A stretch of 64,000 nt of DNA from Patescibacteria group bacterium (lineage in GTDB: Bacteria > Patescibacteriota > Microgenomatia > UBA8517). Positions 43,101 through 51,778 of this stretch are shown here, piece by piece. The stretch covers positions 4,453-68,452 of the forward strand of contig JBBRBD010000003.1 in assembly GCA_038206135.1 (NCBI GenBank). The letters run 5' to 3'. Position 1 is the first letter of the stretch; every line of letters begins with the position of its first letter. The notes under the pieces are model-generated. The model did not search any database and was not told the origin of the DNA. It saw only the letters and a program-made list of their open reading frames with translations. The position numbers and the translations under genes are program-made.

Positions 43101-43851
43101 CCAGAATAAGTGCTGCATTTCGAATAGCATTTTTATTGACTCTTGTTAACACTGCATACACCAAAATTGTTATTGAAAATAGGGCTGCATATGCGTAGAA
43201 AAGTGTTGCTGCATACGCTTGTGAACTGCCTAAGAAACTCGCAATTACAAAGGTCACCAGATATCTCTTTTTGCTTGTTTCTAAATAAGAAATGGCTGAC
43301 AAAAACAACCACGGCAAAACCGCAAACTGAGTGGTGAACATTTCAAATGGAACTGCAAAACGTTGGACTGTTCCCAGATTAAGTACATAACTAGCAGCAC
43401 CAACTGTAGCAGCAAGGAGAGCCGCCGTGGAAGTACTTTTATTAAAGAACTTTTTAAGCGCAAAAAACATTCCTACAGGCCCAACAATTAAACACAAGAA
43501 TACATATGAATAGCGTAAAAATTGAAGCGGCAACACAAATGAAGTTAATTTTAAGTATAAAAGTCTTGGCAATTCACTCATATGAGAGTGAGCGGCAATT
43601 GCACCTAACCCTTGGTCACTTCTCCATACACCATTTAAGACTGAGGAAAAAGCATGAGTAAAGTTAAATTCAGGGTGCAAAGTATCCCATCCGGTTAAAA
43701 ATGTGTTTGGAGTGTAGCTTTTAAAGCACAGCCAAAGTGTTATTAAAAAAATGGTGAACGGAAGCACCCACGAAGATATGCCTAAAGGCATAGTGGGCTT
43801 AACTATCTTTTTTCGAAGATGTGTGAATACTTTTGAAAGTATTTTTTTCAT
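40192..43851 (-). CDS. Large polytopic membrane protein, GT-C-like (AftD/YfhO-like) with a large external domain
   Basis: About 12 N-terminal TM helices with an LTGWDTLHPEF loop, IPTEYFDAFNWF, and a C-terminal NQAYENGW...HITVNGWENGW plus TM helix typical of YfhO-like proteins. Confidence 0.7.
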   Translation of the reverse strand: MKKILSKVFTHLRKKIVKPTMPLGISSWVLPFTIFLITLWLCFKSYTPNTFLTGWDTLHPEFNFTHAFSSVLNGVWRSDQGLGAIAAHSHMSELPRLLYLKLTSFVLPLQFLRYSYVFLCLIVGPVGMFFALKKFFNKSTSTAALLAATVGAASYVLNLGTVQRFAVPFEMFTTQFAVLPWLFLSAISYLETSKKRYLVTFVIASFLGSSQAYAATLFYAYAALFSITILVYAVLTRVNKNAIRNAALILVALFATNAYWLLPNLYSIKNQSQEIASAHINELFTPEAVLHNEAWGSLVNVISQKNYLFSWQAYDFQKNAFVDLLSNWNSHLSNPAIAAIPTLFAVLSLLGIIVSIFKKNKLGVSLIIPTVLSIFVLMNINGPFGGFYTFLQSHSGILAEGFRDSFTKFSTIFSFFLAYYAAFFLAFLFEVISKIKKLVIIPFVLVVFLLSSLGLLMKPAFSDGLVSPLMRVSIPTEYFDAFNWFKGNTGRIAQMPLNTMWGWQYNSWGYQGAGFFWFGVDNPYLTRDFDRWNAQNETFYKELSRSYYANDTETFHSLLEKYQVQYLVLDGSIFDPGVTDKTKLSKDTEKFLSKVPHIQKVATYGFIEIYKLDIQQSDVTTPSPYSKVSANATYSPVDYAFDQYGTYVSGLGGVWKPFVNFDSREMNSTSENNWITLKATTPELKNQSLTIPNIVKREAVLPVKVSVLKTKLNISVRLDLIQPKISIDGKELDSSPVYITTSLSSNANAGYLAIESTVFDISDIQTDESFHAIGVIDVNSTGKTKLQLFTKNPIENKGFLSDLKDKNASWCIDPTNEGGLTTLPNGFSLTSHDQSVCIGSLVTLSKSALYETTFMSPTGSSSLFCLNQIGKDGCVNVLPPTATEVFGGRTIKSMTPLESGNYWFAFVGQSQPNAASVSTYDNLNLKYYPEISRNYVDFGSNYGIFASEQNIPLESVHQISVSYFESQIISENFLLQRGHSTAVNCSVPEKGEVTKNFIGNEVVYKASNNGVSCDYFDYPQLLQTQAYVMKISGHNESGRSVKFYLENKQSEHMDTEELLPKNTFSQEYTLLPFASGDGGYVVNLETRAFDSIASQNSLTEISFSPIPLNWLSEIGIGPKESIVSNNELKVRHTASAGLITKVETTGKGIVAFNQAYENGWIALSVSGKKLEHITVNGWENGWVVPENTNILYIFYLPEALEFLGFGILIVATYSLIKSK

Positions 43852-43890
43852 CCCTCAACTAACAATATATAAATTATAAGTTCAGGTGAT

Positions 43891-43922
43891 GATGGGGACG
43901 AGTTTTTAATACTCGTCCCCTC
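43891..43922. terminator. Hairpin terminator downstream of the 43940-44881 gene
   Basis: GGGGACGAGT-ttttaat-ACTCGTCCCC. Confidence 0.7.
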
Positions 43923-43939
43923 ATTAGACAATTGAGGTT

Positions 43940-44881
43940 TTAAGGTGCAGGTGTTGCCGTCGCCGGAATAATATCAGTGGGTAACGGCGGCGCTGGTTTC
44001 AAGTACTCAGTTAAGTCCTCATAACCAGTTTTTTTATTATACGCACCGAACAATGCCGGTATCCAGTTCACACCGTCATAGGTGATAAAGGCGTGGATAT
44101 TCACGACATCACAATAGGTGATTTCGTTTTGTTTGGTACCTTTAATGCTCGCGCAGTTCTTTGGATTCAACTTAGCATAGGGCAACTCGCCTTTTGGCGT
44201 TTCTGCCCATGCTTTGATCGCGGGCTTACTTTCGTAAACCATCATCTTGATTTGTGCTGCCACCACAGAGCCTATTTCATCGCCGGTCAAACCATCTTTG
44301 CTGGAGTAATAACCCCAGTAGCAACCGTAACTTTCAACCAAGCCCAACGAGCCCGGAGCAATCGGTTTGCCAGACAAATTCACAAAGGTGGAGATGTCGG
44401 TCTCGCTACCCGTTAATCCAACGGCGCGCATCCCGACAGGGATCCAATTGCCTTCTCCAAGCCGTTTCATCAACGGATCAAATAAATCAGGCAAAATGGA
44501 ATACGGATATTCGCTGGCTTCGAGGCCGACAACGCCATATAGACTGGCATATTGAGCCTTCGTTCCTGCGGGCATATCCTGAAATAGGTATGGAGCGTCG
44601 CACGTCATGATAATACCGCTGTTATTTGGAAGTGCAATCGGACCAGAGGCCGCGGCACCTTCCTTTGTTGAACAGGGAAAACGGGTATCAAGAGGGTTCG
44701 CGTCGAAGCACTTTGGTGCAACGGGCACCCAGATTACAGAATCAACGGCATAGTCAGGCAGTTTATCAGCGCCAGTAGGCGGTGGAGGCACGGTAACCCG
44801 TTCCGCTCCAAGCACACTCCCCAGGCTGAAAACCGAAAACAAAATTGCCAAAGACAAACTTAAGAACAGTGACTTACGCAT
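43940..44881 (-). CDS. Secreted hypothetical protein (ORFan cassette)
   Basis: Signal peptide and AAGGAG SD; GC-richer codons; no recognisable family. Confidence 0.75.
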   Translation of the reverse strand: MRKSLFLSLSLAILFSVFSLGSVLGAERVTVPPPPTGADKLPDYAVDSVIWVPVAPKCFDANPLDTRFPCSTKEGAAASGPIALPNNSGIIMTCDAPYLFQDMPAGTKAQYASLYGVVGLEASEYPYSILPDLFDPLMKRLGEGNWIPVGMRAVGLTGSETDISTFVNLSGKPIAPGSLGLVESYGCYWGYYSSKDGLTGDEIGSVVAAQIKMMVYESKPAIKAWAETPKGELPYAKLNPKNCASIKGTKQNEITYCDVVNIHAFITYDGVNWIPALFGAYNKKTGYEDLTEYLKPAPPLPTDIIPATATPAP

Positions 44882-44981
44882 AGCGTTTCTCCTTATTTTT
44901 TTACGTTTTGAACTGAAAAAACCTCTCTGGAAGCTTGTCTAGAGCTTATTTGCCAGAGTGAGTTTTTTCAGTATGTTTTTG

Positions 44982-45227
44982 TTAAAGTGCAGCTCTTTTT
45001 GATTTTAAATACAAAACACCAGAAAGAGTGACAAAAGCAAAACCAATGAGGGGCAAATTGAAGTCAGCAATTCCTGTTTTAACGGGGGTGTGAAACTCTG
45101 GAGTTGCTGCACCACAAACGACTGCTCCTCCGTACTGAGTAACACAGGTTGTTTCTGCATACGCAAAAACAGGGCTCATTAACATGGCCATCGATAAAAT
45201 AAAACTGATTACAAATTTTTTAATCAT
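44982..45227 (-). CDS. Very small sortase substrate (signal peptide, C-x9-C peptide, PVKTG, TM helix, basic tail)
   Basis: MIKKFVISFILSMAMLMSPVFAYA-ETTCVTQYGGAVVCGAATPEFHTPVKTG-IADFNLPLIGFAFVTLSGVLYL-KSKR; adjacent to a sortase. Confidence 0.75.
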   Translation of the reverse strand: MIKKFVISFILSMAMLMSPVFAYAETTCVTQYGGAVVCGAATPEFHTPVKTGIADFNLPLIGFAFVTLSGVLYLKSKRAAL

Positions 45228-45265
45228 AAAATTCTTTAAAATCACAACTACCTGAAGGATTGAAT

Positions 45266-45294
45266 ACTATATCATGACATAAACCTATTGTCAA
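45266..45294 (-). promoter_or_regulatory. Near-consensus sigma70 promoter of the micro-substrate gene
   Basis: TTGACA-17 bp-TATAGT. Confidence 0.75.
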
Positions 45295-45304
45295 CAACTA
45301 CAGG

Positions 45305-46009
45305 TTATACTTGCAACAACTTCGCATAAACAATTACTCGGATATCTGAAGTTAAGTCTTCACAAGTGTACAAAACAAGGTCAGCATTGTAATCAGTAAT
45401 TGTCTTTGATTCTTCTTTTTTGTATATGCCATACACGTATTTTCGCTGTCGCCAGACGATTTCAATGACGTCACCTTCTTTTACTTTTGGTAAATTATAA
45501 AAGGATTGATGTAATCTAAAATCTAAACTCCAGGCTAAATAGCCAAATCTATGTGCTGCAAGAATAGTTGGAGCCTCACGGTTATATGGCGTTCCAAAGT
45601 CATTCACCCGCCAAACGCCTTGTTTTAGAGCATCCTCATAATTACCGTCAAGTGCTTCTTCAATAGATGTTTTTATGCCTACAGATGATATTGAAATACT
45701 GTTTGTAACCGGTAAACTTGAATCAAATGCAGGCTGGTAACTATACCTTTTTTCGGCTGGCAAATCTTTCGCTGACACAGTTCCTCGTAAAATTGCAGAA
45801 ATTCCAGCACTTCCCTCTAGTGAATAATACAGAGATGGTCCGTATGAAATGGCCAGAAAAAGAAGCCCAACACCTGCAAGCGCAAATGAAATTTTTTGAG
45901 TTAGTGAGCGCATCTTTGGAGCAGCAATACCTTTAGCCTCGTATTCCACAACGAATGCCTCCGGGAAAGGAGGTGCTTCAAATAAACTAGCAGGTAAATA
46001 TAATTGCAT
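45305..46009 (-). CDS. Sortase (second paralog)
   Basis: TM helix, ILAAHRFG, FYNLPKVKEGD and LVLYTCEDLTSDIRV. Confidence 0.88.
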   Translation of the reverse strand: MQLYLPASLFEAPPFPEAFVVEYEAKGIAAPKMRSLTQKISFALAGVGLLFLAISYGPSLYYSLEGSAGISAILRGTVSAKDLPAEKRYSYQPAFDSSLPVTNSISISSVGIKTSIEEALDGNYEDALKQGVWRVNDFGTPYNREAPTILAAHRFGYLAWSLDFRLHQSFYNLPKVKEGDVIEIVWRQRKYVYGIYKKEESKTITDYNADLVLYTCEDLTSDIRVIVYAKLLQV

Positions 46010-46038
46010 AAGTGTATATAGTATTTTTGGAAGTGCTT

Positions 46039-46277
46039 AAAAAAATCAGCCGTGTGAGACGGAGGTAGTGTCACCTGCCCTTTGACACCAACCTCCGGCC
46101 CCCAAAGCCGATTCTCCTTTTACTTGACAACCCAATTCAATCAGGTTAGTCTTAAACTAATCAAATTTGCATCGCTTTCCGCTACGGTTCATTAGTCGTG
46201 TGTCGACTAACTTTCCCAACGATTGTGATGCTTTTTTGTGCGTAGCGTACTATATCATCCACAATGGTTTTTGTCAA
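46039..46277. ncRNA. Candidate convergent, overlapping small-RNA pair of unknown class
   Basis: Minus-strand promoter TTGACA-17-TATAGT (46249-46277) with a long hairpin and U-tract at 46039-46113. Plus-strand promoter TTGACA-17-TAGTCT (46124-46152) with a GCATCGC/GTGATGC stem and U6 ending near 46237. Confidence 0.5.
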
Positions 46278-46356
46278 TTGAGCGTGGATGAATTTTTGTG
46301 GTTTTTAGGCACAAAAGGACCCCCAAACAGGGGGCCATCGAAAATCGAGAAAACCT

Positions 46357-46716
46357 CTATTTCAGAAGCGACAATACTTCTTTTGCAGCGGGTGGCTGTA
46401 ACCGCATAGTGTGCCACATTCCACAAAAAACAAAAACTACCTCTGCCTCAACTCTGAACCAGAGTTGGTTTGATCCATCGATCAAACGCTCGATGCGAAC
46501 ATGATCAATACTGGTAGTATTAACCCACTTATCCATTTCTGGATCAAATGCTTCAATTAATCTATCTGGGCGGCAGCGCACAAGCTTTTGAGGACAGCCA
46601 CTTTCCAGATCTTCCTTATGAAAGTAGGCAGCTATTCTCAAACAACCCACACCGGGACCGCCTTTCGGCAGTGTTGATTCCTCTGACATTGCAGTAACAA
46701 TCATATCTGCGTTCAT
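46357..46716 (-). CDS. Hypothetical protein (ORFan cassette)
   Basis: An AGGAG SD favours ATG 46716 over 46731; GC-rich hairpin downstream at about 46317-46336. Confidence 0.6.
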   Translation of the reverse strand: MNADMIVTAMSEESTLPKGGPGVGCLRIAAYFHKEDLESGCPQKLVRCRPDRLIEAFDPEMDKWVNTTSIDHVRIERLIDGSNQLWFRVEAEVVFVFCGMWHTMRLQPPAAKEVLSLLK

Positions 46717-46848
46717 GCGAAGTCTCCTCATATTGCCGCAGGTAAATCCTAAGGCGTTAAAAAAATGCCAAACCGTTTATATCAGATTAAAGCCTTATAG
46801 TGATATTATCGCACTAAAAGAGTTAATTATCAAGTTATGGGGTATAAC

Positions 46849-48162
46849 TTATCTGAATATTTTCTTCACTAATTGCTGTAAATTTGAGGCTGTTGAGTGA
46901 CTATATACTGTTTTTAGTCCTTGGCGCTTGGCTTGTCTCATACGCTCTCCTTCGCGCAACACCGGTCGAATTTCCCCTAGCAAACCGACCTCTCCAATTG
47001 CAATACTTCCGTCTGGAAGCGCTTTATTTAGAACTGAACTTGCAAGGGACAATGCGATTGCAAGATCTGCCCCCGGCTCTTTTACATTAATTCCCCCCAC
47101 TACATTTACAAATACATCGTGGTCATAAAGAGGAAGTCGAACATGTTTTGTTAAAACGGCCAAAATAACATCAACTCGTTTTGCGTCAACACCAGAAGCA
47201 ACTCTTCTTGGAATCGGCATTTTTGTCGGAACAACTAAAGACTGAACCTCAACCAGAAGCGGACGGGAGCCTTCAAGCACTGAGGTGACGACTGACCCCG
47301 GTGCCGCTTCATGTGCATTTAAAAAGGCAGATTCAATGTCCACAACATTTACTAACCCCTCTTCCTGCATTCTGAATACGCCAATCTCGTCAGTTGCTCC
47401 AAAGCGGTTTTTAATTGAGCGAAGTATTCGTAAGTCCCGTTCGGTTTCCCCTTCAAACCAGCAAACGGTATCAACCATATGTGCAAGTGTTGCAGGACCC
47501 GCGACTGAACCTCCTTTCGTGATTTGCCCAACAAGAACAATCGGTACTTTATGCTTTTTTGCAAAGCGGGTAAGCCGGTGAGCACACTCTCTCACCTGTC
47601 CCACTGACCCAGGAATGCCCATCAAGTCTCGTGTTGAAATAGTTTGAATAGAATCAACAACAACAAGGCTTGGTGGCTTTTGGGAGGTGACCATGTCTTC
47701 CAATGTTGAAATAACTACATCAACATCAGTTACATCGAGTATTTCAATGTGAGAGGCATCAAGCTTTAATCTGTCTGATCGAATTTTAATTTGTATTGGA
47801 GATTCTTCACCTGCCACATACATACAAAGGTTTGCTTTTGCAGCAACTTGCAGTAAAAGTGTGGACTTCCCAATGCCAGGTTCACCAGCTAAAAGCACCA
47901 CATGTCCGGGGACAAGACCTCCACCCAAAACTCTATCAAGTTCCTCAATATTTGTTTGAGTGCGAACCAATGTTTCATTTTTAAGTGATGACAATATAAC
48001 TGGAGTTGCTGATCTGGCTGAAGAACCTGAAGACTTTTGACTTTCTTCGGGAAGTGTTTCAACAAGTGTTCCCCACTGATCACAATTCGGGCATTTTCCA
48101 GCCCATTTTGATTGTGAGTATCCACAGTTTTGACAAACATACAGTGAGTGTACTTTGGCCAT
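46849..48162 (-). CDS. radA: DNA repair protein RadA/Sms
   Basis: C4 zinc finger (CQNCG...CPNC), Walker A GEPGIGKST, KNRFG motif and Lon-like C-terminus. Confidence 0.97.
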   Translation of the reverse strand: MAKVHSLYVCQNCGYSQSKWAGKCPNCDQWGTLVETLPEESQKSSGSSARSATPVILSSLKNETLVRTQTNIEELDRVLGGGLVPGHVVLLAGEPGIGKSTLLLQVAAKANLCMYVAGEESPIQIKIRSDRLKLDASHIEILDVTDVDVVISTLEDMVTSQKPPSLVVVDSIQTISTRDLMGIPGSVGQVRECAHRLTRFAKKHKVPIVLVGQITKGGSVAGPATLAHMVDTVCWFEGETERDLRILRSIKNRFGATDEIGVFRMQEEGLVNVVDIESAFLNAHEAAPGSVVTSVLEGSRPLLVEVQSLVVPTKMPIPRRVASGVDAKRVDVILAVLTKHVRLPLYDHDVFVNVVGGINVKEPGADLAIALSLASSVLNKALPDGSIAIGEVGLLGEIRPVLREGERMRQAKRQGLKTVYSHSTASNLQQLVKKIFR

Positions 48163-48211
48163 ACTTACACAGTATACAGATGGTTTCTAAAAAAACTATT
48201 GAAGAGAAAAA

Positions 48212-48709
48212 TTAATATTCGCTCGCGTAGTGAGTCATTAAATGACCAACGTTCTTTTGAACTTGGACAATTTGCTTGGAATCGTTTGTTATTGCTTTAC
48301 CATTTTGGTCAACGAGTCTAATAAAAACGACATCTCCATCTTTGACGGAACTTGAGAGCAGTATCTCAACATTTTTAGTGTCACCAGTCTGTAATAAAGC
48401 GCTCTTGCCGATAACAGCTTCTTTACTGTCATTACGAATTACATATAAATATGAAGGCTGAGAGACAGATACCTCATCTGCTGTAACTTTGTTTCCTGGG
48501 TCTACAATACCCACACTAATTGTAAAACCACTGGTTGGTTCCGGGTTAGTTCGCGCCTCAACAGGTGGCAGTGTAGGTAAAGCTTCAGCAACAAACCTTG
48601 ATTGTTTACTATATAAAAATATAGCTGCAAGTAGAAAAAGAACCAATATAACAACAATCACTAAAGCGTTACCTGTCTTCGATTTCTTGGGGTAGGATGC
48701 GGTATTCAT
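48212..48709 (-). CDS. Membrane-anchored hypothetical protein with a small beta-sandwich domain
   Basis: Basic N-terminus and TM helix, then VTADEVSVSQPSYLYV...IGKSALLQTG. Confidence 0.7.
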   Translation of the reverse strand: MNTASYPKKSKTGNALVIVVILVLFLLAAIFLYSKQSRFVAEALPTLPPVEARTNPEPTSGFTISVGIVDPGNKVTADEVSVSQPSYLYVIRNDSKEAVIGKSALLQTGDTKNVEILLSSSVKDGDVVFIRLVDQNGKAITNDSKQIVQVQKNVGHLMTHYASEY

Positions 48710-48712
48710 ATC

Positions 48713-50539
48713 TTAGTTTTTCAGACCTAAGCCTGGGGCACAAGTAGATTCTTGATATTTGAATTGAACAAAGCTTCCAGACGTTGCTAATATGAGTCCT
48801 CCATATTGAGTCAAGCTTCCGGCATCCGAGGTATTTGCTGATGAAATTGTCTGCTTTACAACTCCTCCGTCCACTACGTTTCCATAGACATCTGTGTAGT
48901 AAGTCTGAGACTTTCCCTTGTTATACCACATAAGTGGTCCTGTATATGCTTCTCTTACACATCCTCTGTCCTGAGTCCGATCATCATTGAATTTAAAGAT
49001 TTGAGAACGAGCAAGTGGATCCCATGAATAAATAAGTTTAGTTTTGTCAGCAGGATCCATAACAGTAATTGGATCAAAAACGGCAGTCGACACAACTGCT
49101 GTTGCAACTGGATTCCCTTTATTAACAATACTTAAAGTGTCTAACCAAATTTCATACGGTGAATCAAGCTTACATCCAAGCCCCATGACCGTTCGTGATT
49201 GTCTAGGATCATCACAAATAGTTCCGACGTTCCCTACATCAGCAAGGCCCGCAATATCCATTCGTACACCAGTTGCAGTTCTTACATGAAAATCAAGTGA
49301 ATGGAACTGTGTCGTGAAACGACCGGCTCCTCCAGTACCCATATGGAAACAATAGTAAGTATCCATTAATGCAACTCCACCTTCATTATTAGTCAAACCC
49401 TTGTTTTGAACAAAACACTTAAATCCTACATGAGGCTCATCCATTCCAGCTAAATGTGGAACGTAGTCAAATGGAACTGGTCCTGCATAAATATTACTTT
49501 TTGCTGGATCATCGCCATGCTCGTGTGCAAACGTGCATTTCACGCCTGAGGGTTTTGCAGCGTCTACAGAAACTGTCTGTGGATGCCAAGTGCGGTACAG
49601 CACTCCATCTGGTCCACGAACAACATATCTGTCATGAACATTTGCAGGACAGTTGCCCAAGATATCAACAGAAGTTGCACCATAAATTGCTTCAGTTGAA
49701 GAGATAGGAGAAGCAGTTGGAGACATACTCATCGTAGGCGGCATTGTGGTTGTAGGTGTTGGTGATCCTCCACCGACAATTGGTGATGATGTTGGCCGTA
49801 AACTAGCCGTAGGAGCAACTGTCGCAGTTGCTGTTGGTTTTGCGGTCGCTGTAGGAGTAGGACTCGCAGTCGGTGTACTTGTTGCACCAGCACCAGTTGC
49901 ATACACAACTGTTAACTTCGGAGATTTTCCAGTTGAAGGGTTTCCATAAATGTCTTTTCTTCCCCATTGACCACCGCTCCCTTTTGCAATCAAAGTAATA
50001 AAAGTAGCTCCTTGTGAATTAACGAGCTCTGAAACTGGAGCAGTTACATCAAACGAATAAGTTGTATTTGCATCCCATTTTACGTTGTCTGAATAAGCCA
50101 TATTACTTGAAGTAAGCGTTCTGCTTGAAGGTTTAGAGCCAGAAGAAAAATTTCCGACTTTCGAGGTATCTGCATAAAAAGTAGAAGAAACTGTAATCCA
50201 AGAACCAGTAGCGGTGAACTCCACTTTTGCAGATTTGATCTGAGCATTAGCTGGAATATTACCACCAGTAAAATTCAATCCAAGATATGAGCTAGAAACG
50301 CTTTGTGCGTTCCCATACCATGCTTTATTTGCTCCCATCGTGAGTGTACTTCCATCTTGATTTGCAATAGCGTTCGCGCTTTCAATTGAAAATTGAGTAG
50401 AAGACTCAGAAAGAACTGCTGCATTACTTTTTGAATTAGCTTTGAATTGTGAAGAAAATACTGCAATTCCAACTGAAAGAATGCCGATAACTGCCAGTGC
50501 TGCTAAAGGTAGTGACCCTTTTCGGTTATTTAAACGCAT
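48713..50539 (-). CDS. Secreted two-domain protein with a P/T linker and a His-rich C-terminal domain
   Basis: N-terminal TM/signal, beta-rich domain ending PKLTVVY, long P/T linker, then HDRY, WHP, CTFAHEHGDDP, EPHVGFK and FHMG...QFHS. Confidence 0.75.
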   Translation of the reverse strand: MRLNNRKGSLPLAALAVIGILSVGIAVFSSQFKANSKSNAAVLSESSTQFSIESANAIANQDGSTLTMGANKAWYGNAQSVSSSYLGLNFTGGNIPANAQIKSAKVEFTATGSWITVSSTFYADTSKVGNFSSGSKPSSRTLTSSNMAYSDNVKWDANTTYSFDVTAPVSELVNSQGATFITLIAKGSGGQWGRKDIYGNPSTGKSPKLTVVYATGAGATSTPTASPTPTATAKPTATATVAPTASLRPTSSPIVGGGSPTPTTTMPPTMSMSPTASPISSTEAIYGATSVDILGNCPANVHDRYVVRGPDGVLYRTWHPQTVSVDAAKPSGVKCTFAHEHGDDPAKSNIYAGPVPFDYVPHLAGMDEPHVGFKCFVQNKGLTNNEGGVALMDTYYCFHMGTGGAGRFTTQFHSLDFHVRTATGVRMDIAGLADVGNVGTICDDPRQSRTVMGLGCKLDSPYEIWLDTLSIVNKGNPVATAVVSTAVFDPITVMDPADKTKLIYSWDPLARSQIFKFNDDRTQDRGCVREAYTGPLMWYNKGKSQTYYTDVYGNVVDGGVVKQTISSANTSDAGSLTQYGGLILATSGSFVQFKYQESTCAPGLGLKN

Positions 50540-50589
50540 CTATCTATAGTAATTGAAAACAAAATATAGAGTCAAGACTTGAAGTCTTA

Positions 50590-51669
50590 TTACTTGTAGC
50601 CAATTGGCTTCGAAGTTGTAATTACGAGTCCAAGACTAATTTTGTGATCTCGCTCATTAATTTCTTCGATATATACTTGAATTTCCTGCCCCGTGGTAAG
50701 TTTTGTGCTTGGTGGGATTTTAGTCATATGGATCAAGCCTTCAATGCCAGGTTCAAGTTCAACAAATACTCCAAAATCACTGTTTTTAACAACACTTCCT
50801 TTAAGTCGATCTTCCACATGATATTTTTCTGATACAAGTTCCCATGGATCTGCTAGTGCTTGCTTCATTGAAAGTGCAAGTTTTCCGCTTTCAGTGTTTA
50901 TCGCAACAACTTGAACTTCATCACCTTCAGAAAGCATGTCTGCGGGGTGAACTGTCTTTCCCCATGCAAATTCTGAGACGTGCACTAATCCTTCGACTGG
51001 AGCACCTTCTACTTCGATTTGAACAAAAGCTCCAAATGAGGTTACTGTTGTAACAATTCCTTTATAAACTTTCCCTGACTCGACATGTTTCATGAGTTCC
51101 TTCAACTTCTTTTGATCAACAGCGTCATTTATTGCACGCTCAGACAATACAATTCTGTTTTTAATCGGATCAAGTTCAATAATTTGAACCTTAAAAGTAA
51201 CAGCAGTTGTACTATTTAAGTTTTCTGCGTGTTCAGGGGAAAGCTGCGTTGTCGGAATAAAAGCAGAAAGCCCACTTACCGTTACAGTAATTCCCTTGTC
51301 AGTTACCGTTTGGCCCGTTACCAAAATAGGTTCATTCTTATCAAAAATACGCTGAAGTTCAGTCCACAATTTCTCGTGTGCAGCATGACGCAAGGAAAGA
51401 AGAATTTTCCCGTCTTTTGTTTCTGGATCCATCACAACTGCATGTACTTTATCGCCAGTTTTAAGAGATTTAATTAAATCTTTTCCTTCTCTAAAGTGAT
51501 CGTCGGATACAACTGCTTCACTTTTACCACCAACATCAAAAATAGCTTGTTTTTTGTCCATTGAGACAAATGTTGCTGTAATATGATCAAACTTTTTGAA
51601 GCCTCGGAATCCGCTTGCATGTGCAAGCAAATCTTCCATTGTTAAATTTTTAGTGGGTTGTGTAGACAA
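50590..51669 (-). CDS. rpsA: 30S ribosomal protein S1 (four S1 domains)
   Basis: Repeated S1 motifs FGAFVQI...EGLVHVSE and FGVFVELEPGIEGLIHMTK. Confidence 0.88.
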   Translation of the reverse strand: MSTQPTKNLTMEDLLAHASGFRGFKKFDHITATFVSMDKKQAIFDVGGKSEAVVSDDHFREGKDLIKSLKTGDKVHAVVMDPETKDGKILLSLRHAAHEKLWTELQRIFDKNEPILVTGQTVTDKGITVTVSGLSAFIPTTQLSPEHAENLNSTTAVTFKVQIIELDPIKNRIVLSERAINDAVDQKKLKELMKHVESGKVYKGIVTTVTSFGAFVQIEVEGAPVEGLVHVSEFAWGKTVHPADMLSEGDEVQVVAINTESGKLALSMKQALADPWELVSEKYHVEDRLKGSVVKNSDFGVFVELEPGIEGLIHMTKIPPSTKLTTGQEIQVYIEEINERDHKISLGLVITTSKPIGYK

Positions 51670-51740
51670 AGTTCATTTTCCTCGCTTTCTATATTAAGTA
51701 CGAGTAGTATACGGCAAAAGGAAAATCTATGCAACAAAAA

Positions 51741-51766
51741 AAAGCGCTAAGGTTAATTAGCGCTTT
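51741..51766. terminator. Intrinsic terminator downstream of the M50 peptidase gene
   Basis: AAAGCGCTAA-ggttaa-TTAGCGCTTT with an A9 run (U-tract on the minus strand). Confidence 0.75.
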
Positions 51767-51778
51767 CAAATCTAAAAC

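Noticed and set aside
46039-46277. tmRNA, SRP RNA, RNase P RNA or 6S RNA
   Set aside because: No T-arm/CCA acceptor, no SRP GNRA/AGCAG domain, no GAGGAAAGUCC element and no 5'-3' closing rod were found by eye.
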